Assembly (NCBI GenBank): GCA_964552395.1
Contig: CAZKGM010000008.1
Span: forward strand, 24,063 to 88,062
DNA: 64,000 nucleotides
From: an uncultured Thermoanaerobaculia bacterium
GTDB taxonomy: Bacteria; Acidobacteriota; Thermoanaerobaculia; Thermoanaerobaculales; Sulfomarinibacteraceae
Reading direction: 5' to 3'
Below, piece by piece: positions 45,539-52,480 of this stretch. Made by a program: the position numbers and the translations under genes. The notes beneath the pieces are model-generated. The model made no database searches and was not told the origin of the DNA. It saw only the letters and a list, made by a program, of their open reading frames with translations. The number at the start of each line of letters is the position of its first letter. The stretch's first letter is position 1.

Positions 45539-46723
45539 ATGCGCTTCATCAAAGAAACAAATATTCCGTTCCTTTCCTACCGTTGGTACGCCATCGGCGG
45601 TTCCTGCCTCCTCATCCTCGGGGGCTTGGCGGTGATGTTCCTGGGACCTGGCCTCAACCTGGGTATTGACTTCGCCGGCGGCACCCAGGTCACGCTCAAG
45701 TTCCACCAAGCGCCGGACCTCAAGCGCCTGCGGCACACCATCGAAGGGCTCAATGTGGGCGCGCCCGTGATCCAGCGTTTCGACGAGCCGGAGAAGCACG
45801 AGATCCTGATCCGGGTGGAGAACCCCGAGGGGCAGGAGGGCGACTTCACGAAGCCGATCCTCGATCTCCTCAACAAGCAGTACAACGGCGAGCTGGGCGG
45901 CAAGTTCGACCTCAACACCCAGGGCCGCAGGGAGCTTACCGACCTTCTCGTTACCGCCGACCCGGACGGCCTCGGGGGTGACAAGGAGACGCTGACCGAG
46001 CACTACCAGCCGATGGCCGAGGCCGTTCTGGCGTACCGCAAGGACCACGGCATCTTCGCCAGCACGGACGAGATCTCCTCGATCCAAGGACTCAGCGATG
46101 CGGTGCGTTCAGCGCTGTTGGCGCGCTGCACGACCGGGGAGTACTCACTGCTCGGCGCCCAGAGCGTCGGCCCGGCGGTCGGCGCCGACCTGCGCGAGAA
46201 GGCGCAGCTGGCAATCCTGTTCTCCCTGGTCGGCATGCTCGTCTACATCTGGATCCGCTTTCAGCTGCCGTACGGGGTCGGCGCCGTGGTCGCGCTGTTC
46301 CATGACGTATTGATCACGCTGGGGGCACTTGCCTTGACGCAGCGGGAGATCAACCTGCCGACGGTCGCGGCACTGCTCACGCTCGTCGGCTACTCGGTCA
46401 ACGACACCGTGGTCGTATTCGATCGCGTGCGCGAGAACCTGCGTCTCAAACGGGGTGCGGAGCTGCAGCCGCTGATGGACGAGTCCATCAACCAGACGTT
46501 GTCGCGGACGCTGATAACGTCCGGTACGACGTTGGTTGTGGTGGTGTTCCTCTACCTCTTCGGTGGCGACGTGATCAACACCTTCGCCTTCGTTCTGCTG
46601 GTCGGGATCATCGTCGGGACCTACTCCTCGATCTTCATCGCCTCTCCCGTCGCCCTCGGCATGACGCGAGCGTTCGCGAAGATCAGGCAGCGTCGGCGCG
46701 AGAAGCGTCACCGGAGGCGCTAG
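45539..46723 (+). CDS. secF: Protein translocase subunit SecF with an ~85-aa insertion in the periplasmic domain
   Basis: Motifs are LGIDFAGGTQVTL, SVGPAVGADL and IRFQLPYGVGAVVALFHDVLITLG. At 394 aa it is longer than the ~310-320 aa I expect for SecF. The extra segment lies at about nt 45887-46147. Confidence 0.9.
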   Translation: MRFIKETNIPFLSYRWYAIGGSCLLILGGLAVMFLGPGLNLGIDFAGGTQVTLKFHQAPDLKRLRHTIEGLNVGAPVIQRFDEPEKHEILIRVENPEGQEGDFTKPILDLLNKQYNGELGGKFDLNTQGRRELTDLLVTADPDGLGGDKETLTEHYQPMAEAVLAYRKDHGIFASTDEISSIQGLSDAVRSALLARCTTGEYSLLGAQSVGPAVGADLREKAQLAILFSLVGMLVYIWIRFQLPYGVGAVVALFHDVLITLGALALTQREINLPTVAALLTLVGYSVNDTVVVFDRVRENLRLKRGAELQPLMDESINQTLSRTLITSGTTLVVVVFLYLFGGDVINTFAFVLLVGIIVGTYSSIFIASPVALGMTRAFAKIRQRRREKRHRRR

Positions 46724-47069
46724 CCCGGGGCTTGCGTATCCCCTCGAGTCAGGTTGTTTCCGTGCACGCATGATGCCGGAGGGGCAACCACTGAACCGCC
46801 AAGGCGCGAAGCACGCAAAGATGAGAAAAGGAATGTCTCATTAGCGAGTTTGGCGGCTTCGCGGTTCACAATCAAGCCCCATCGACACTCCAGACCATGC
46901 CTGACAAGAACGAAGCTGAGCGAAGGAACTTGCGAGAGCCGGGGCTACTTACTGCCACCCAGGGGTGAAGAGTTGGTGGGGGGTGAGCCCGTGACGAGCT
47001 CATTCCCCGCGCTGTTCCCTTTCGGCCACGCCGGTGGACCGCTCACAGGGCGTCGGTTGACCCCGTCGG

Positions 47070-47075
47070 TACAAT
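47070..47075 (+). promoter_or_regulatory. Candidate -10 hexamer TACAAT positioned for a leaderless relA/spoT transcript
   Basis: TACAAT ends 6 nt before the A of the ATG at 47082. There is no SD upstream of the ATG. No properly spaced -35 was found; TTGACC at 47057-47062 is only 7 nt away. Confidence 0.25.
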
Positions 47076-47081
47076 AATAGG

Positions 47082-49271
47082 ATGAGCCCGGCGGCGAAGA
47101 TCCGCATCGAGGATGTCCTCAACAGGGTGGAGCGGTACCTCCCGCAGATGGACGAGGCGCTGCTGAGGCAGGCGTACGTCTTCGCCGCCAACCGCCACCA
47201 GGGTCAGGTCCGGCGATCGGGAGAGGCATACCTGGTTCACCCCTTGAGCGTGGCATGGGTTCTCGCCGACATGGAGCTCGACGAGATCGCCATCGCGGCC
47301 GGCCTCCTCCACGATATCCTTGAGGACACCGACACCACCCAGGAGGAGATGGAGCTCGAGTTCGGCCCCGCAGTGACGCGGGTCGTGGTGGCGCTGACCA
47401 AGATCTCGTCGTACGAGAGCAGCTACTCGAGCCGCGAGGCCAACGAGGCGGAGAACTTCCGCCGCCTTCTCTTCGCATCGACCGATGATGTCCGCGTCAT
47501 CCTCGTCAAGCTGGCGGACCGCCTGCACAACATGCGAACGCTGAAGTACCTCGACCACGAACGCCAGGTCGCGATCGCACGCGAGACCCTCGAGATTTAC
47601 GCTCCAATCGCCCACCGGCTCGGCATCGGGAGCATCAAGACGGAGCTCGAGGACCTCTGCTTCCGCAGCCTGCACCCGCGCGAGGTGCAGCGCCTGGAGC
47701 GCGCCATCGAGGAGCGGGCGCACGTTGCTGAGCGGTGGTTTACCGAGATCAAGGGGGTCCTGGGAGGCATCCTGAAGGAGCATGGGCTGTCGGGCGAGAT
47801 CCAGGGGCGCGTCAAGCACCTGTACTCGATCTGGCAGAAGTTGCGGCGCCAGGGCGTCGATGTTGAGAGCGTGTTCGACTTTCTCGCCTTTCGCATCGTT
47901 GTCGACACGGTGGCCGAGTGCTACGCAGCCCTGGGCCTGATTCACCAGAAGTGGCAGCCGGTGCCGGGTCGGATCAAGGACTTCATCGCCATGCCCAAGC
48001 CGAACGCCTACCGGTCGCTGCACACGACCGTGATCGGTCCGGAGGGCCACCCGTTCGAGATCCAGATCCGGACCGCGGACATGCACAGGATCGCCGAGCA
48101 CGGCATCGCGGCGCACTGGAGCTACAAGGAGAAGGGCTCGCGGCCGGCGGAGGACTCCCGCATGGCCTGGTTGAGCAGCCTGCTCGACACCACTCAGGGC
48201 TCCTCGCCGCGGGAGTTCCTCGACTCGCTCAGAGTCGACCTCTACCCCGACGAGGTCTACTGCTTCACACCGCGAGGGGATGTCTTCTCCTTTCCCCGTG
48301 GCGCCACGGTGCTGGACTTCGCATACCGTGTGCACACCGAGGTCGGCCACCGGTGTGTCGGCGCCACCGTCAACGGGCGATGGGTGCCGTTGAGGACGGA
48401 GCTGAAGAACGGCGACATCGTACAGATCTCGACCTCTCCTCAGCAGTCGCCGCATCATGACTGGCTGGGGGTCGCCGCCACCGGGCGGACCCGTTCCAAG
48501 ATCCGCGCCTGGTTGAAGCGCGAGGAGAAGGTGCGCGCGATCGAGGTCGGCAAGAAGCTGCTGGAGCGCGAGCTCCGTCGCACTGGCTGGTCGTTGAAGC
48601 GGCTGGGGGACTCGGAGGAGCTGAAGAGCATCCTCACATCCCACGGGCTGTCGAAGCTTGATGACCTTCTGGCGGCGGTCGGCTTCGGCAGGATGGGGGC
48701 CGCCGTCGTCACCGAGCAGCTCATGCCGGCGGCAGAGGCTCCAGCGGAGCCGATGCTTCCGGCTACCGAGAGACGAGCGGCTCCGACGACGGAGACGCCG
48801 GTGCTCGAGGTCACGGGCGACTCGGACTTCCTGGTCTACGTGGCGAAGTGCTGCAACCCGCTCCCGGGCGAAGAGATCGTTGGTTATGTGACGCGCGGGA
48901 AGGGGGTCGCCGTGCATTCGCGGTCGTGCCCAAATGTGCGCCGGCTGCTCTACCATCCGGAGCGGGAGATCGAGGTGCGGTGGGCGGCGGCCGCAATGGA
49001 GGGACGGGTCGGCCGCTCACGGGTCGACCTGGACATGAAGTACCAGGATCGCTCGGGCCTCCTGGCGTCGGTCTCGCAGGCCATCTCCTCCGAGGGCAGC
49101 AATATCCTCAGCTGCAGCCTACAAACTCACGATGGGGGAGCCGGCACGGTTGCGATGTCCATCGAGGTTCGTGACGCGGCTCACTTGAATCGTATTGTGC
49201 AAAAACTCGAAGCAGTCGACGGCATGCTCCATGTGGAGCGGCGGGGCTTTGTTACACGCGCGGGGCCTTGA
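47082..49271 (+). CDS. relA: Bifunctional (p)ppGpp synthetase/hydrolase RelA/SpoT (Rel)
   Basis: The HD hydrolase domain is HPLSVAWVLA...LLHDILEDT. The synthetase block is YRSLHTTVIGPEGHPFEIQIRT. A TGS region (FTPRGDVFSFPRGATVLDFAY) and a C-terminal ACT-like domain are present. Confidence 0.95.
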   Translation: MSPAAKIRIEDVLNRVERYLPQMDEALLRQAYVFAANRHQGQVRRSGEAYLVHPLSVAWVLADMELDEIAIAAGLLHDILEDTDTTQEEMELEFGPAVTRVVVALTKISSYESSYSSREANEAENFRRLLFASTDDVRVILVKLADRLHNMRTLKYLDHERQVAIARETLEIYAPIAHRLGIGSIKTELEDLCFRSLHPREVQRLERAIEERAHVAERWFTEIKGVLGGILKEHGLSGEIQGRVKHLYSIWQKLRRQGVDVESVFDFLAFRIVVDTVAECYAALGLIHQKWQPVPGRIKDFIAMPKPNAYRSLHTTVIGPEGHPFEIQIRTADMHRIAEHGIAAHWSYKEKGSRPAEDSRMAWLSSLLDTTQGSSPREFLDSLRVDLYPDEVYCFTPRGDVFSFPRGATVLDFAYRVHTEVGHRCVGATVNGRWVPLRTELKNGDIVQISTSPQQSPHHDWLGVAATGRTRSKIRAWLKREEKVRAIEVGKKLLERELRRTGWSLKRLGDSEELKSILTSHGLSKLDDLLAAVGFGRMGAAVVTEQLMPAAEAPAEPMLPATERRAAPTTETPVLEVTGDSDFLVYVAKCCNPLPGEEIVGYVTRGKGVAVHSRSCPNVRRLLYHPEREIEVRWAAAAMEGRVGRSRVDLDMKYQDRSGLLASVSQAISSEGSNILSCSLQTHDGGAGTVAMSIEVRDAAHLNRIVQKLEAVDGMLHVERRGFVTRAGP

Positions 49272-49449
49272 CGACCTTCCCCGACCGCAGACAGCGGGTG
49301 CAGACACGGATGTACTGAGGGCTGCCATCGACCAGCGCGCGGACCCGTTGCGTGTTGGGTAACCACCTGCGTCGAGTGAGGTTATGCGCGTGACTCACGT
49401 TGTTTCCGGTCATCGGTCCCTTACCACAAATCTCACATCGCTGGGCCAT
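49252..49449 (-). CDS. rpmB: 50S ribosomal protein L28
   Basis: The 65-aa product is MAQRCEICGKGPMTGNNVSHAHNLTRRRWLPNTQRVRALVDG.... The SD AGGAGGA precedes the ATG at 49449. The listed ORF start at 49515 is an extension. The 3' end overlaps relA by 20 nt. Confidence 0.9.
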   Translation of the reverse strand: MAQRCEICGKGPMTGNNVSHAHNLTRRRWLPNTQRVRALVDGSPQYIRVCTRCLRSGKVVKAPRV

Positions 49450-49558
49450 TTCTCGGGTCCTCCTGAGCCCCCGCGGGGGAAAGGAGTTAATAGCACAAGT
49501 GGTCGTCCGATGCAAGAGATGGCGGGCAAATCTCGCCGGGAGCCGGGTCCGAATCTCC

Positions 49559-49588
49559 TTGACAGTGCGATATCCCCTTTGCTAGCCT
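49559..49588 (+). promoter_or_regulatory. Candidate sigma70-type promoter for pilM (TTGACA-N18-TAGCCT)
   Basis: A perfect -35 TTGACA lies at 49559-49564 and TAGCCT (TAnnnT) at 49583-49588, in the A/T-richer divergent region between rpmB and pilM. The pilM GTG at 49646 is preceded by the SD AAGGTG. Confidence 0.4.
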
Positions 49589-49645
49589 GCTCACAGAGGT
49601 GATATGGCTCAGGTTCTTAAAACTTTTGGAGTTAAGGTGTAAACC

Positions 49646-50695
49646 GTGTTTGGAAAACGCAGAAGGCAAATTGTCGGTTGCGATATCGGTTCTTCCGCGA
49701 TCAAGCTGGTTGAGCTCAGGCCCCTAAAAAACGGTGAATTCCAACTCCTCCACGCGGCCTCCGCCTCGCTCTCCGCCGAGGCCATCGTGGACGGCGCCAT
49801 CATGGACTCCTCCCTCGTGGTGGAGGCGCTGTCGCACCTTATTGCGGAGAACAACATCAAGAATCCGAGTTTCGGTACCGCACTTTCCGGGCACTCGGTC
49901 ATCATCAAGCGCATCCAACTGCCGATGATGAGCGAGGCCGAGCTGTCCGAGTCGATCCAGTGGGAGGCCGAGCAGTACATTCCGTTCGACATCAACGACG
50001 TCAACCTCGACTACGTGGTGCTGGACACCTCGGGTGGAGATAGCATGGACGTGCTGTTGGTGGCGGTGAAGAAGGACCGGATCGCGGACTACACATCGGT
50101 GGTGGTCCAGGCCGGCCGCGAGCCCTCGCTGGTCGACGTCGATGTGTTCGCGCTACAAAACGCCTACGAAGCGAACTACGATGTGCTCCAGGACACCATG
50201 GCGCTCGTCAACATCGGCGCCTCGGTGATGAATATCAACGTCCTCCACCAGGGCTCATCGGTGTTCTGGCGCGATGTGGCCTTTGGGGGGAACCAGTACA
50301 CGGAGGCGATCCAGCGTGAGCTCAACCTGCCGCGTGAGGAGGCGGAGAGGCTGAAGCTGGGCGAGCGGGTCGGCGACCACTCGCTGCAGAGCGTTCTCGG
50401 GATCCTCAACAGCGTTTCCGAGGACCTCGCCGCCGAGCTCCAGAAGACCATCGACTTCTTCGTCGCCACCTCATCCATCGATCGGCTGGAGCGATTGGTG
50501 CTCGCCGGCGGCGGCTCGCAGATACTCAACCTGGACGAGGTTCTCAAGGAGCGTTTTCAGGTTGCGGTCGAGGTCATGAACCCCTTCAGGAACATCCGCT
50601 ACAGTGAGTCCGACTTCGATCCCGAGTGGATCAACCGCCACGCCCCGGCCATGAGCGTCGCGGTTGGACTTGCGGTGCGCGCGGTTGGAGACTGA
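49646..50695 (+). CDS. pilM: Type IV pilus assembly protein PilM (actin-like ATPase fold)
   Basis: The N-terminus (M)FGKRRRQIVGCDIGSSAIKLVEL is typical of PilM. The full-length FtsA/actin-like pattern ends in LAGGGSQ. It is first in the pilMNOPQ order. Confidence 0.9.
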   Translation: MFGKRRRQIVGCDIGSSAIKLVELRPLKNGEFQLLHAASASLSAEAIVDGAIMDSSLVVEALSHLIAENNIKNPSFGTALSGHSVIIKRIQLPMMSEAELSESIQWEAEQYIPFDINDVNLDYVVLDTSGGDSMDVLLVAVKKDRIADYTSVVVQAGREPSLVDVDVFALQNAYEANYDVLQDTMALVNIGASVMNINVLHQGSSVFWRDVAFGGNQYTEAIQRELNLPREEAERLKLGERVGDHSLQSVLGILNSVSEDLAAELQKTIDFFVATSSIDRLERLVLAGGGSQILNLDEVLKERFQVAVEVMNPFRNIRYSESDFDPEWINRHAPAMSVAVGLAVRAVGD

Positions 50696-50697
50696 CG

Positions 50698-51303
50698 ATG
50701 ATCAAGATCAACCTCGTTGCGGAGGCGGCAGCTCCTGCAGCGGCACGGCGTGCCCGGCGAGAGATCTCGCTCGGGGTCAAGCAGGGGGACCTCATCCTCC
50801 TCATGGTGCTCGTGCTCGCCTTCGTGGTCGTCGGTGGGAACTGGTATCTCCTCAGCTCGAAGCGGACAACCCTGCAGAACCAACAGCGGGAGCTCCAGGC
50901 CGAGCGGGACAAGCTCCAGGTCTACATCGACAAGGTCAAGGAGCTCGAGGTCAAGCGCGACGCGCTCAAGCACAAGATCGAGATCATCGACCAGCTCAAG
51001 GAGAACCAGCACGGTCCCGTCCGCATCATGGACGAGGTGTCGCGTGCTCTCCCGGACCTGGTGTGGCTGACGAACATGACGGTCGCCAACAACGTGGTGA
51101 CCCTGAACGGGCAGGCGATGGACGAGAATGCGGTCGCCAACTACATCGCCAATCTGGATGCCTCGCCGTTCTTCCAGGAGCCAACGCTTGTCGACCTCTC
51201 GCGAGCAAGCCGCGACATCTTCAACTTCAGGCTGACTTGCGTTTTCACGTACAAACCGCCAGAGATCAAGAGCTCCACCGATACGGGAGGCGCTGGGCAA
51301 TGA
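50698..51303 (+). CDS. pilN: Type IV pilus assembly protein PilN
   Basis: MIKINLV... is followed by a single transmembrane helix (LILLMVLVLAFVVVGGNWYLL), a coiled coil and a ferredoxin-like C-terminus. The ATG is 2 nt after the pilM stop. Confidence 0.85.
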   Translation: MIKINLVAEAAAPAAARRARREISLGVKQGDLILLMVLVLAFVVVGGNWYLLSSKRTTLQNQQRELQAERDKLQVYIDKVKELEVKRDALKHKIEIIDQLKENQHGPVRIMDEVSRALPDLVWLTNMTVANNVVTLNGQAMDENAVANYIANLDASPFFQEPTLVDLSRASRDIFNFRLTCVFTYKPPEIKSSTDTGGAGQ

Positions 51304-51324
51304 AGGTTGGCGAGGAGGCAGGCG

Positions 51325-51921
51325 ATGGCATTTGATCTCAACGAGAAGCCATGGTACGTCGCGCTCCTGATCGGGGTTGTCCTCGGCGTCGTCCTCTACC
51401 TGGTCATGAACAGCTATGTGTTCAAGCCAATCCGCCAGGACATCTCGACCTTGAACGAGAGCATCGCCAAGCTGCAACGAGAGATCCAGAAGGGACGCGC
51501 TGCCAAGCGGGACCTGCCGAAGCTGGAGGAGGAAATCCGCAACCTCGAGCTGGAGCTCGACCGGCTGCGCCGCATCCTGCCGACTCGACGGGAGACTGAC
51601 ACACTTCTGAAGAAACTGAAGCAGCTGACCGAGATCGGGCACTTCCAGCTCGGGCGCTTCACCCCGCAACCATTCATCGATCGTGATTTCTACTGGGAGT
51701 GGCCGATCAACGTCTCTCTCAGCGGTACGTACCACGAGCTCGGCCTGTTCTTCGATCGTCTGAGCCGCTTCTCACGCATCATCAATGTCAGCAACCTCAA
51801 GATTGTCGCCATGCACAAGCGCGGCAGCCCGTTTACGATCAAGGCGGACTTTACGCAGCAGACCTTCATCTATAAGGAAGAGAAGGAGGGGGCTCCAGCT
51901 TCCGGGGAGGCGCCGCAATGA
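51325..51921 (+). CDS. pilO: Type IV pilus assembly protein PilO
   Basis: The ATG at 51325 is preceded by the SD GAGGAGG. The protein shows a transmembrane helix (WYVALLIGVVLGVVLYLV), a coiled coil, then WPINVSLSGTYHELGLFFDRLSRFSRIINVSNLKI. The listed TTG at 51307 is an alternative start. Confidence 0.85.
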   Translation: MAFDLNEKPWYVALLIGVVLGVVLYLVMNSYVFKPIRQDISTLNESIAKLQREIQKGRAAKRDLPKLEEEIRNLELELDRLRRILPTRRETDTLLKKLKQLTEIGHFQLGRFTPQPFIDRDFYWEWPINVSLSGTYHELGLFFDRLSRFSRIINVSNLKIVAMHKRGSPFTIKADFTQQTFIYKEEKEGAPASGEAPQ

Positions 51922-52469
51922 CGAGGTACATGAGGGGGCGCCGACTGGTTGGCCTACTGGCCGTCGTGCTGACGGCCGCCACTGTCGCGTTCGCCCAAGC
52001 GCCGCCGCAGCAGACCCCAACGGCTGCCGGGCAGCCGGAGGGCGCCGGCGGAGCCCTGCCCAAGGGCGACGTCGATGTCAGCCGCATCGACCAGATCCTG
52101 CGCGGTGAGGAGCGGATGTTCGAGGGCGAGAAGTTCACCTATGACCCCGCCAACCGGAGAGACCCGTTCGTTTCCCTTGCCGAGGGCGTTCCGGAAGAGG
52201 CGAAGGGACCCGAGGAGCGTCCTAAGGGGCTGGCCGGGATGATGATCGGCGAGGTTCGGCTCGAGGGGGTCGTCAAGACCACGAGCGGAATCATCGCCAT
52301 CGTGCAAGGACGTGACAAGCTGAGCTACATCCTCCGCCCCGGGACGAAGCTGTATGACGGAGAGGTCAAGACAATCCTCCCAGACAGGGTCGTCTTCAAG
52401 CAGCAGGTGAATGATCCCAAGGCGATGAAGCCGTTCCGAGAGGTCGTGCGCGAGGTGTCTGGGAAGTGA
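51918..52469 (+). CDS. pilP: Type IV pilus assembly protein PilP-like (signal peptide, no lipobox Cys)
   Basis: ATGA overlaps the pilO stop. The C-terminal beta-sandwich pattern is VRLEGVVKTTSGIIAIVQGRDKLSYILRPGTKLYDGEVKTILPDRVVF. Confidence 0.75.
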   Translation: MTRYMRGRRLVGLLAVVLTAATVAFAQAPPQQTPTAAGQPEGAGGALPKGDVDVSRIDQILRGEERMFEGEKFTYDPANRRDPFVSLAEGVPEEAKGPEERPKGLAGMMIGEVRLEGVVKTTSGIIAIVQGRDKLSYILRPGTKLYDGEVKTILPDRVVFKQQVNDPKAMKPFREVVREVSGK

Positions 52470-52480
52470 AGGAAGCAAGC

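Noticed and set aside
47057-47062. TTGACC as a -35 box for the relA TACAAT -10.
   Set aside because: The spacing to the -10 is only 7 nt, far from the 16-19 nt needed for sigma70. It is therefore not counted as part of a promoter.
43861-48956. Antisense ORFs of 563 aa (43861..45552, opposite secD) and 637 aa (47043..48956, opposite relA).
   Set aside because: The sense frames are unmistakable SecD and RelA/SpoT. The antisense translations have no motifs and show the usual high-GC shadow composition.
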